Origin: Isurus oxyrinchus
Lineage: Eukaryota
Length of the DNA stretch: 64,000 nt
Direction: 5' to 3'
Assembly: GCA_026770705.1 (NCBI GenBank)
Contig: JANJGN010000121.1
Span: 1,240,001-1,304,000 of the forward strand
A program made the translations under genes and the position numbers. Each line of letters opens with the position of its first letter. Position 1 is the first letter of the stretch. Below the pieces are notes generated by a model that had not been told where the DNA came from, did no database searches, and worked only from the letters and a program-made list of their open reading frames with translations. Shown piece after piece: positions 13,492 to 24,564 of the stretch.

Positions 13492-13591
13492 AGGTGAGGG
13501 GAAAGCAGGAATCAAATCGAACCACCATGTTGATGAATATCGAGGTCCTGTTTATGAAAACTGTGAGCGTGGTTGGGCTTTGAGGAATCAG
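13492..13591 (+). CDS. Gene A cytoplasmic exon 1 (..GEGKAGIKSNHHVDEYRGPVYENCERGWALRNQ)
   Basis: Strong phase-0 donor CAG|gtgagt. Acceptor is uncertain: tttcgg instead of tttcag; an in-frame GAG| lies at 13489-13491. Confidence 0.6.
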
Positions 13592-13727
13592 GTGAGTCAC
13601 ACACCACAGGATCCCCAGCCTCTCAGCTGCTCCAGTAGCCTGGTTATTGATATGGCTGCTCCAGTCCTGTATCTGCAATGTTTTATACAGTCACTCCCAA
13701 ACCCAACCAAACTCACACCCAACACCA

Positions 13728-15277
13728 TTCAGAATCAATAATCAAACCCCGATCAGAATCAATAATCAAACCCCGTTCAGAATCAATAATCAAACCCCGT
13801 TCAGAATCAATAACACACCCCGTTCAGAATCAATAATCAAACCCCGTTCAGTATCAATAACCAAACTCCGTTCAGTAACAATAATAAAACCCGTTCAGAA
13901 TCAATAATCAAACCCCGATCAGTATCAATAATCAAACCCCGTTCAGAATTAATAATCAAACCCCTTTCAGAATAAATAATCAATCCCCGTTCAGTATCAA
14001 TAAACAAACCACGTTCAGTATCAATAATCAAACCCTGTTCAGAATTAATAATCAAACCCCATTCAGAATCAATAATCAATCCCCGTTCAGTATCAATAAA
14101 CAAACCCAGTTCAGAATTAATAATCAAACCCCGTTCAGAATCAATAATCAAACCGCGTACAGAATCAATAATCAATCCCCGTTCAGTATACATAATCAAA
14201 CCCCGTTCAGTATCAATAAACCAACCCCGTTTAGTATCAATAATCAAACCCCTTTCAGAATCAATAATCAATCCCCGTTCAGTATCAATAAACAAACCCC
14301 GTTCAGAATTAATAATCAAACCCCGCTCAGTATCAATAATCAAACCGCGTTCAGAATCAATAATCAAACCCCGTTCAGTATACATAATCAAACCCCGTTC
14401 AGTATCAATAATCCAACCCCGTTTAGTATCAATAATCAAACCCCATTCAGAATCAATAATCAAACCCCTTTCAGAATCAATAATCAAAACCCAGTTCAGA
14501 ATCAAGAATCAAACACCGTTCAGTATCAATAATCAAACCCCGTTCAGAATCAATAATCAAACACTGTTCAGAATCAATAATCAAACCCCATTCAGTATCA
14601 ATAATCAAACTCCGTTCAGGATCAATAATCAAACACCGTTCAGAATCAATAATCAAACCCCGTTCAATATCAATAATCAAACCCCGTTCAATATCAATAA
14701 TCTAACTTCGTTCAGGATCAATAATCAAACCCCGTTCAGATTCAATAATCAAAACCCTTTCAGAATCAATAATCAAACCCCATTCAGTATCAATAATCAA
14801 ACCCCATTCAGTATCAATAATCAAACCCTGTTCAGAATTAAAAATCAAACCTGTTCAGTATCAATAATCTAATCCCGTTCAGAATCAATAATCAAACCCC
14901 GTTCAGAATTAAAAATCAAACCCCGTTCAGTATCAATAATCTAACCCCGTTCAGTATTAAAAATCAAACCCCGTTCAGTATCAATAATCTAACCCCGTTC
15001 AGTATCAATAATCAAACCCCATTCAGTATCAATAATCAAACCCCGTTCAGAATCAATAATCAAACCCTGTTCAGTATCAATAATCAAACTACGTTCAGGA
15101 TCAATAATCAAACTCCGTTCAGATTCAATAATCAAAACCCATTCAGAATAAATAATCAAACCCTTTTCAGAATCAATAATCAAACCCCGTTCAGAATTAA
15201 AAATCAAACCCCGTTCAGAATCAATAATCAAACATCGTTCAGGATCAATAATCAAACCCCGTTCAGTATCAATAATT
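13728..15277. repeat. 24-bp minisatellite (cagaatcaataatcaaaccccgtt), about 64 units
   Basis: Direct tandem periodicity; fills the last intron of gene A. Confidence 0.95.
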
Positions 15278-15375
15278 AATGTCTCTACTGTGGATGGAAT
15301 TTTTTGATTTGGATCAATAATACTAAACACTGATCACTCTGATTGTCACTCTGATCATTTCTGTTTCTATTACAG

Positions 15376-15492
15376 AAGAAAGATGAGAAGGATCTGGAAA
15401 TGAAATCTAACCGCGGAGTCAATCCTGATACAGATGATGATCTTTACGCAAACTGTGAATTTGCCAAGGATTCTGTTTATGGGAATTTATAA
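15376..15492 (+). CDS. Gene A terminal exon (KKDEKDLEMKSNRGVNPDTDDDLYANCEFAKDSVYGNL*)
   Basis: tacag| phase 0; LYAN motif and terminal SVYGNL ITIM; AATAAA at 16267. Confidence 0.75.
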   Translation, partial: KKDEKDLEMKSNRGVNPDTDDDLYANCEFAKDSVYGNL

Positions 15493-16819
15493 ACTGAGCA
15501 AGAATGAGACACACACAGTGTGGGGAGAATACAGAACGGGAGAATCATTCAAAACTCCAATTTACCTTCCTAATATCCACAGGAACTCACTCCCAGGAAA
15601 TAGATTTAAACCTCTTGTTACAATCTGATGGAATTTCTTCGGAATGATCTATCCAGGATGATTGTCTGTGGGTTTCAATTCGAACATCCTCCTTCAGAAT
15701 TGTCCCTCACTGTTGGAAACATCCTTCTCTCCATTCTGATTGTAAATATCTTTAGATATCGTTCGATGATGTACCAGGACAGAACGGACAAATTCAATCC
15801 CGTGTCCGTGATTATGAGTTAATTTTCATTCTGTTATTCACCTTTCTGTCTGTCAGTGTTTACAGAATATTCATCAGCCAGTGTAGACTTCAGGAAATGC
15901 AGGATCGGTGGATAATTGGAGCAGAGGAGATTGGCAAAATTTACTCAGCATTTTGTAGTCAAATGTATTTTCAGATATATATTTGGATTTTACACTTCAT
16001 CGTTAAACAGCGAAACAAACAAGAATCTGGGAAACAGGGAAACAATTTGATTGGAGAGTTGAGAAATTCTCTGCAGCTTAGAGGATAACAGATGTGCTAC
16101 AGTGCCACCACTGGTGGGAGGACATCATTTCAGCATGACATGTTTACATTGATGTTGCCAATGAACATTGGAAACTATGATGTGAAAAATTGGTTGCAGG
16201 TTTATCTTCTTCAATATGTCATTGGATGGATGAGACAGCTTTGATAACAGAATGAGATAGAGCTGCAATAAACCACCATTTTAGTCCTTCACACTTGGAG
16301 AGTACAATTAGCATCCATCCTGAAGGCTGAGTGGATGGGTGGACTTTGCGATGTGTTACAGATTACAGAGACCAACATCCTCGATCCTGTTTCCGCTCTG
16401 TGTTTGATGAGATACTTGATTCAAAGATTGGGAAAATAAATAATCCTCCTGCATTGATCTGTAACTGGTCATTTCCTCTATCAATGCCCTGAGGACAGAT
16501 TTGGGTTCGCGGTCCAAAATCAGGCACATGCTTTGACTGCCCATTGAATCGGAACAGGAGGAGGCCCCCTTGAGCGTGCTACACAGGAACAAGAGAGCAC
16601 CTGAAATAAAAACAGAAAATCCTGGAGAAACTGAGTAGGTCTGGCAGCATCTGTGCAGAGATAAACAGAATAAACATTTCGAGTCCGTATGACCCTTCTT
16701 CAGAGTCTCAAAGCAAAAACTCTGTTTCTCTCTCCACAGCTGCTGCCAGACCTGCTGAGTTAATGCAGCATTTTCTGTGTTTATTTCAGATTTACAGCAT
16801 CTGCAGTATTTATTTTTAA

Positions 16820-17345
16820 TGAGAGGAGGACATTCAGCTCCTCGAGCCTGTTACACAGGAACAGGAGGAGGCCCAGTCTGTTCCCTTAAGCCTGTTACAC
16901 AGGAACAGGAGGAGGCCCATTCTGTCCCCTTGAACCTGTTACACAGGAACAGGAGGAGGCCTATTCACCCTCCTCGAGCCTGTTACACAGGAACAGGAGG
17001 AGGCCCATTCACCCTCCTCGAGTCTTTTACAGAGGAACAGGAGGAGGCCCATTCTGTCCCCTTGAACGTGTTACACAGGAACAGGAGGAGGCCCATTCAC
17101 CCTCCTCGAGCCTGTTACACAGGAACAGGAGGAGGCCCATTCTGTCCCCTTGAGCCTGTTACACAGGAACAGGAGGAGGCCCATTCACCCTCCTCGAGCC
17201 TGTTACACAGGAACAGGAGGAGGCCCATTCTGTCCCCTTGAGCCTGTTACACAGGAACAGGAGACCCATTCAGCCTCCACAAGCTTGTTACACAGGAACA
17301 TTAGGGGCTCCATTCAGCCACTCAAGCCTGTTCCACATGAACGGG
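16820..17345. repeat. ~40-bp minisatellite (gagcctgttacacaggaacaggaggaggcccattc...)
   Basis: Tandem units resembling the reversed CR1 3' tail. Confidence 0.9.
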
Positions 17346-17349
17346 AACA

Positions 17350-18180
17350 AAAACAAAAATAGCTGGAAAAACTCAGCAGGTCTGACAGGATCTGTGGAGA
17401 GGAACACACTTGACGTTTTGGGTCTGTATGACTCTTCATCAGAACTAAGGGAATCGAGAAATGAGGTGATGTTTTAGCTGGTAGAGGGGGTGGGGCAGGT
17501 AGAGCTGGATTGTGGGCCAGTGATAGGTGGAGGTAAAGAAGAGGTTGCCAAAGATGTGATAGACAAAAGGACAAAGGGGTGTTGACGGTGGTGATATTAT
17601 CTGAGGAAGGTGCTAATGGGGACATTAAGGGTAGAAAGCAGGACGAGCAAGAGACAGATAGTCCTAGTGGGGGTGGGGTGGGGGGAAAGGATTGAAATAG
17701 GCTAAAAGGTAGAGATACAACAACAGATGTAAAACATTTAAAAATAATGGAAAAATGTGGGAAAAGAAAAATATATAAATAAAAAAAATATTAAAACTGA
17801 TAAATTAATGGAAAAGGGAGATTGGAAAGGGAGTGGGAATGGAGGAGAGAGTTCATGATCTGAAAGTGTTGAACTCAATATTCAGACCGGAAGGCTGTAA
17901 AGTGCCTGGTCGGAAGATGAGGTGTTGTTCCTCCTATTTGTGTTGGGCTTCACTGGAACAATGCAGCAGGCCAAGGACGGACATGTGGGCATGAGAGCAG
18001 GGTGGGGTGTTAAAATGGCAAGCGACAGGGAGGTCTGGGTCATGCTTGTGGACAGACCGAAGGTGTTCATCAGAGCGATCACCCAGTCTGTGTTTGGTCT
18101 GTCCCATGTAGAGGAGACCACATTGGGAGCAGTGAAGGCAGTAGATTAAATTGAGGGAAGTGCAAGTGAAACGCTGCTTC
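17350..18180 (-). mobile_element. Penelope-like element 3' fragment
   Basis: Nearly the same sequence as 43500-44330 (GIY-YIG C-terminus); splits the 40-bp array. Confidence 0.8.
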
Positions 18181-18194
18181 CAATGATGCTCCTA

Positions 18195-18690
18195 ATGTAC
18201 TCGAGCCTGGTACACAGGAACTGGGGAAGGCCAATTCAGCCCCTTTAGCCTTTTACACAGGAACAGGAGGAGGCCCACTCAGCCCCATGAGCCTGGTACA
18301 CAGTGAGAGAAGGAGGCCATTCAGCCCCCATGAGCCTGTTACACAGGAACAGGAGGAGGCCCATTCAGCCCCTCGAGCCTTTTACACAGGAACAGGAGGA
18401 GGCCCATTCAGCCCCTCGAGCCTTTTACACAGGAACAGGAGGAGGCCCATTCAGCCCCTCGAGCCTGTTACACAGAACCAGGAGGAGACCCATTGTGCCC
18501 CATGAGCCTGTTACACAGAAACAGGAGGAGGCCCATTCAGCCCCTCGAGCCTGTTACACAGGAACAGGAGGAGGCCCATTCTGTCCCCTTGAACCTGTTA
18601 CACAGGAACAGGAGTAGGCCCATTCACCCTCCTCGAGCCTGTTACACAGGAACAGGAGGAGGCCCAGTCAACCCCTCGAGCTTGTTGCAT
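18195..18690. repeat. ~40-bp minisatellite, continuation
   Basis: Same unit as 16820-17345. Confidence 0.9.
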
Positions 18691-18724
18691 GTGAACAGTC
18701 AATGGCCCTTCAAAAACATTCTTG

Positions 18725-18955
18725 GCACGCAAAGGGTTAACAGTTTTCTAACAGTGCGAGGCAAAGAGCATCTTTCTCACTTGGTACCAAGCACTTCCTC
18801 ATTTTGTCTCACAGTGACACATCCACCCTTTTTAATTAAACACAAATAGGGAGCAGCACAGGAAGAGGTCATTCAGCCCAAGCAGAGCGTGTGGGCAGTT
18901 CCTCCCCAGGCGAGCAGTCGGACAGGTCCGGGGTAAGTAACGGAATGATTGGAAA
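18725..18955 (+). promoter_or_regulatory. Copy 2 of putative promoter/non-coding first exon
   Basis: ACTTCCTC and CAGGAAG ETS-type sites; donor at 18933. Confidence 0.5.
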
Positions 18956-19369
18956 TCACGGGGGGAGTTCTGAGGGCTCCTAATCCATTGTCCTGTCTTG
19001 TAAATCAGCACCTTAATACTGACCCTTCAACAGTGCAGCACTCCCTCAGTACTGATCCTCCAACATTGCAGCACTCCCTGATTAATGTCCCTCTGACAGT
19101 GCAGCACTCCCTCAGTACTCACCCTCAAACAGTGGAGATCTCCCTCAGTACTGACCTTACAATAGTGCAGTAATGACCATCCGACAGTGCAGCACTCCCT
19201 CAGGACTGACACTGGGCAGTTTCAGTCTACTCTGTGGGGCAGACGTCCCCTGAATGGGGTCTTGAATCCCACAACATTCTGACCCCCTGAATTTGGCTGT
19301 GAAACCCACTGACCCACAGGAGAAACTCCTGGTCAATGACTGTCCACCTGTGAGCAGAAATATCAACAC

Positions 19370-19990
19370 AGGGTCAGGACACAAAGGGTTAACAGTTCAC
19401 CAACATCTCAAAACATGAGCTGGTCTGTCACTTTGATCCAACTTCCTCATTTTGACTCACAGACACACATCAACCCTTTCTCATTAAATACACAGAGGGA
19501 GCAGCACAGGAAGAGGTCATTCAGCCCAAGCAGAGCGTGTGGGCAGTTCCTCCCCAGGCGAGCAGTCGGACAGGTCCTGGGTAAGTAACGGAACGATTGG
19601 AATTCACTTCCACCACCAACACCGTCCTTTGTTGATGTTGTGACTTTATAAAGACAGATTCCAATGACTGATGCCTTTGAAAGATTTCTACTGATTATTG
19701 AGATCTGGGTGTGAGGCTCAAGTCTGTTGTACCGAACATCTTTCTAGTTCAAGGGATGAGGGAAGTGCAGAGACATGAGCTTTGGGATGCCCTGAGGTGG
19801 TGAAAGGTGCTATAGAAATGCAAATCCTTCATTGTTTGTTTTTCTTAAAGCCTTGTAACTCTCTGCTGAGCACCTATCATCCCACAGAGAATCAAATTAG
19901 TCTGTGAAGACATTGTCTAAAAGCAGTTCTGATCTCTCGAGAGCTGTCGGACAAGAGGTGAGGTCTCATTAACTCCTTTCTCTTTCACAG
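19370..19990 (+). promoter_or_regulatory. Copy 3: putative promoter/first exon and intron 1 of gene B
   Basis: PU.1/ETS-like ACTTCCTC at 19441; donor at 19581; leads to the SP exon acceptor at 19990. Confidence 0.6.
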
Positions 19991-20008
19991 CTTGAGAGTG
20001 AGAAGTGG

Positions 20009-20069
20009 ATGGAATATCTGGGAGTGGACAATGATCGGGAAATCTACTTCCTCTTGTCACTTCTCCAAG
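20009..20069 (+). pseudogene. Gene B signal-peptide exon
   Basis: Paralogue of 26772-26811. The ATG at 20031 is 1 nt out of frame; the ATG at 20009 gives MEYLGVDNDREIYFLLSLLQG|gtaata. Confidence 0.7.
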
Positions 20070-20772
20070 GTAATATCATCGTCAGCTTGGACAGATTTAT
20101 ATTTAACAGTCTTTGTAAAAGATCATTCTTATCTCTTTATCTCTGTAACCTCCTGCAATGCAACCAATCAACTTCCCAGATCTCTGTGTTACTCCAAATC
20201 TGGCCTCTTGACCATCCCCCAATTCCCATCACTCCAATACTGGCGGCCGTGCCTACAGCTGCCTGGGACCTGAGCTCTGGAATTCACTCCCTAAACCTCG
20301 GCGATGGAGGAGATCAGAGGGTTTCATTTTACTGAGAATCACCACGACCACATCACAGCTGCAGTGAGAATAGACAGAGAGTCCAGCCCTCACACTTCCT
20401 GCACAGTTTCACCATAGCAACCACAATATGGAAATTTAAAAATACTGAAAGTTAAACTGAAGCTCAGCCCATTCAGTGTTGAGAGATGAGATATTTACAC
20501 AGTTTCCCTGTGTATCTTGTAGACACTGTGTTGGATGGAAGACTGGCTTCACTAAACAGGGTCCTGAGGACCATGAGCCAATGTAGAATGAACTTGTCCA
20601 CTCCTGAGTCCAGGATTCTCTTCTATCTGTTGTGAAACCTTGGGGAGTTCCTTGTGTGTCCTGTAGATGGTCCACACTGCAGCCACTGTGCCCCAGTGAT
20701 GGAGGGGGTGGATATCGAGTCTAGTGGATCTACAAACCATCCAGAGTCAAATATTGATATTTCTCTCCCCCG

Positions 20773-21146
20773 TTGGACTGTCACAAGAGTGGAAAGGTGA
20801 CACTCCACGAGAGGTGACAGCACAGGAAGGTTCATGTGTACAGATTCCATGTCATTACAGTTACTTATCAAATTTCGTAGGGAGATCACGTGCAGAATCT
20901 GGTTGAAAGGAATAGATGGGAACCCACAGCCTAAATGGTCTATAGCCTTTCACTCCGAGGGTCACAATCACAGGGATCAAAGATTCCGCCATCGTACCCG
21001 GCTGTCTGGAGACCTGAAAGATGGTGACTGTTCCCTGATTATAAACAACATCAGACGGGAAGATGCAGGACCTTATTTTTTCAGAATAGAGTTTGACAGC
21101 AGGAATAGTTACAGCTACTATCCTGTAACCCAGCTTCACGTTTCTG
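20773..21146 (+). pseudogene. Gene B V-set exon (retains YFFR; frameshifted)
   Basis: Acceptor reads cccccg rather than cccag; length 374 nt, implying a 1-nt deletion near 20895; donor |gtaagt intact. Confidence 0.85.
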
Positions 21147-21669
21147 GTAAGTGCTGTGTTATAATTACTCAACAATTCACAACCAACACTCAATGGGAAA
21201 TAACACAAACTGTGACGTTTACATAATAACACAAAACACAGCTTATTATAACACACTGTCTGATTCTCAATAACCTGGTGATAGCTTCCAGTTCAGTCCT
21301 AAAGCAACCTCTAAAAATCACTTTAATATCAATGATGAAAAGCATTAACTGTACCGACATCTTTCATTCTACATCAGCACTCCCTCAGCGCTGACCCTCT
21401 GACAGTGCAGCCCGTTCTCAGTATCCACATTCTCAGGCCACTCAAAGTGCTTCACAGTCGATAGAAGTTAATTGATCTTTATTTGATTATTGCTGAATGA
21501 AGAGACAAGCTGTCTAAACTTCTCATATCGCAAACAGCATTCTCCACGGCAACACCTCCACCTATCAGAGACCACTTGCCAACCAATCAGCACTGTCTTT
21601 CCATTAAGTATAAATTGTTGTTCACTTTCTGTTGGTAATCGTGCGAACGGGGTTCTTGATTCCTGCCAT

Positions 21670-21822
21670 GACATCTGAATGTCCAAATGAACAGAAGAAG
21701 TTCCAACAATGAGCTGTGGTTGCTGATTCCTCACGTTACATCCAGGGACACTGGAGACTATCAGTGTGTGGCAGAGAATGAACATGGAGCAGTGGAGGGG
21801 TTCATAACCATTACTGTGGAAT
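21670..21822 (+). pseudogene. Gene B 5'-truncated copy of the 282-nt C2 exon
   Basis: Only HLNVQMNRRSSNNELW...TVE|gtgagt remains; the 5' half is replaced by unrelated sequence 21487-21669. Confidence 0.8.
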
Positions 21823-23485
21823 GTGAGTGTACACAGACTTCAACATCTCTCTCAGATTCGAATACTACACAAACACCCTCAAACGTACAGACCTAAATAG
21901 ACACGTGCAGACACACATATATGACCACACACAAAGACACACTCACAAACAAACACACTAGCACAAGACTCCCTCATGGGTTATCTGACCTCCCTCAGTA
22001 CTGCACTGGAGCGTGGGCTGAATTCTGGGATTTGTGTTCCCATTCATATTTATGGAAGAATATGGAAATTACTCGTACAAACACTCAGATGCATAGAGGC
22101 ACTCATAGATACTCTCTGCTTCTCCAACTCTCTCTCTCCCTTTAAGGAGCTACCTGAAACCTAACCCTTTGACGAATAACTAGTCCCAACTCCTCTTTAT
22201 CTGATTCTGTGATTTTTTTGTGAATCTGAGAGTAAGAGAGAGGTGGAGAGGTTTAGTAAGAGAATTCCTGCTGATGAAAAGCTTACATCCTGTTCTCACT
22301 ATTTCCGTGCCCATTATGTCCAAAGCCCCTGTTTATAGTGATGACTGCCTATGTAAACGTCACACTGTAGTTACAGCCTCCCACCAGTGGTGGCATTGTA
22401 GCACTTAATCCTTGTGTTTCCCAGCTTTTCAAGCAAATCTACTTCCCAGTTTGCTACACAAGCTGGGAGTTCATCGGAATTCAATTATTTCTCAAACGGT
22501 AGATTTGATAATTCATTTTATTGAAAACTTCCTCAGCACCTCCCTGAAGTGTTTACACTCTCCGGGAAGCAGGAATAGGCTGGATGTTGGGGAGTTCATC
22601 TTTTCCTTGAGAGTAGTGATCCTCGGGAATGTGCTGTCAGTGGGTGTGGTCGTTCCTGTTTCTCTGTCGCCTTCAAGAGGGATCTGGAGTGGTTACTGAC
22701 TGGGGGAGAGATCATGGAAGCAGAGAATGATACAGCACAGGAGGAGGCCATTCAGCCCATTGTGCCTGTGCCAGGTCTTTCAATGTTCTATCCAATCAGA
22801 TCCACTAACCACCACTCCACTTTGCCCCCACCTTCTTCCTTCAAGTGTTTATCCAATTCCCCTTTTGAAAGTTCCTATTGAATCTGCTTCCACCGCCCTT
22901 TCAGGCAGCACCTTCCAGATCACAACAACTCGCTCTGTCAAAACAAATTCTCCTCATCTCCCCCTCCGGTTCGTCAATCTGTGCCCCTCTGGTTACCGAC
23001 CCTCCTGCCCCTTAAATACATCGATACTGTTCACCTCAACCACTCCCTGTGGGAGTGAGTTCCACATTCTCCCCTCTCTCTGGGTAAAGATTGGAACTGT
23101 TTATTTAGCGGGGTGTGTAAGTCCGTGGGGGAGTCCATCTCGATCCTGCCCGATTCGCACACGCATCCGAGATGGATTTCCACCCTGCACTAAACATTTC
23201 CAGAATTTTCTACAGCACAATCCTGTACACAGCGATGGAGAGAAACATTGGACAGGGAGTCCAACAGCACAATGATCCATTCTCACCAATGTTCCACGCT
23301 AAGGGGAAAGTTCCGATTGTCCACTCTTGGAGTGTTTACAATGAAAACATTCATTCCACATTGAATCCCAGTGGATGGGTCAATATTACAGCAAATGTTG
23401 CAGTGTTATGAAGCTTGATTGTTCAGCCAGAGTGAGAGATTGAAAGTGGAGAGTCAGTGATGATTTCTTTCTGTGTGTTCTCTAG

Positions 23486-23625
23486 ACAGTGGAGGAGAGA
23501 TTCTGCACGTGATCCTGATCCTGGGAATACGAGCTGTGATATTCCTTGTGGCTGTGGTTATCACTATCACTGGAGTCTGTGTCTGGGAGAGACAAACAGT
23601 GAAAGGAAGTCGACAGACTGTTTGA
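23486..23625 (+). CDS. Gene B terminal TM exon with intramembrane Arg and short tail (YSGGEILHVILILGIRAVIFLVAVVITITGVCVWERQTVKGSRQTV*)
   Basis: tctag| phase 1; about 27 hydrophobic residues with one Arg; stop at 23623-23625; no cytoplasmic Tyr. Confidence 0.8.
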
Positions 23626-23749
23626 AGCTTTGTACAGCAACAATCTGGTCAGTCAGTGCGGACAAATAATGTGTGATGTTGGGTTAAGTTGCAATGAAAC
23701 TGGTCAGTGTCCTGGTTAAAATCACCTTCGTATCAGAGAGGCATTCCAG

Positions 23750-24335
23750 CACAGTGGGAGCCCATTCAGCCCATTGAGTCCATGCTGTCTCTCTGTAGAG
23801 CAATCCACTCAGTCCCATTCCCCCTCTCTATCCCCGTATCCCTGTGAGTTTATTTCCCCTCAAGTGTCCATCCAATTTCCTTTTGAAATTGTTCATCGTC
23901 TCCGCTTCCACCATCCTCGTAGGCAGTGAGTTCCAGCTCATTACCACTCGCTGTTTAAAAAAGTTCCTCCTCACATCCCCCTCTGCCCAAAACCTTCAAT
24001 CTGTGTCCCCCAGTCCTTGTCCCATCAGCTAATGGCAACAGCTTCTCTTTGTCTACCGTATCTAAACCCATCATCATCTTGTACACCTCGATCAGATCCC
24101 CCCTCAATCTCCTTTGCTCCAAGGAGAACAACCCCAGCTTCTCCAACCCAACCTTGTAGCTAAAATCCCTCATCCCTGGACCCATTCTGCTCAATCTCCT
24201 CCCCACCCTCTCAAGGACCCTCACTTCCTTCCCAAAGTGAGGAGACCAGAACTGGACACAATACTCTAGTTGTGACCTAACCAGAGCTTTATAAATGTTC
24301 AGCATAACCTCCCTGTGTTTGTACTCAATCCCTCG
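23750..24335 (-). mobile_element. CR1-like LINE 3' fragment
   Basis: LEYCVQFWSP...LGLFSLEQRRLRGDLIEVYK; close to the 3430-3890 copy. Confidence 0.85.
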
Positions 24336-24564
24336 ATTTATGAAAAGCTTATTCTTTCCATCAGCACAAACAGCAATTTCCAAGCGGACTCCCATCAGCA
24401 GACAGAGTGCAATGAAACATCGGCATGCCTGCTTCTTAATGTACGGAGAGAAACCTGGAACGAGAGATTCTCCTTCTTCTCCTCAGCAAGCTGAAACTTT
24501 TCCTTATACCTGGTGCTCCCCAGTCCTGCTGTGTGGACACATCATAACCACGGCATTGTCTGGC

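Larger units (their letters stand above)
730..15492 (+). other. Gene A: Siglec/CD22-like receptor (SP-V-C2-C2-C2r-C2r-TM-tail with YxN motifs and ITIM)
   Basis: Nine coding exons with GT-AG boundaries and compatible phases; the acceptor near 13490 is ambiguous. Confidence 0.75.
20009..23625 (+). pseudogene. Gene B: activating-type Siglec-like paralogue, probably a pseudogene
   Basis: SP, V, truncated C2 and Arg-TM exons in order, carrying several lesions. Confidence 0.7.

Noticed and set aside
16094-16121. CTCF-like motif (also 22377-22404 and 52972-52997)
   Set aside because: Poor fit to the core spacing; related sequence occurs in introns (10288, 41481), so it is likely a small dispersed repeat.
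13728-18690. CRISPR-like arrays
   Set aside because: Head-to-tail minisatellites without unique spacers; eukaryotic context, no cas genes.
22510-22706. Minus-strand terminal exon with AATAAA
   Set aside because: No convincing reading frame or partner exons.
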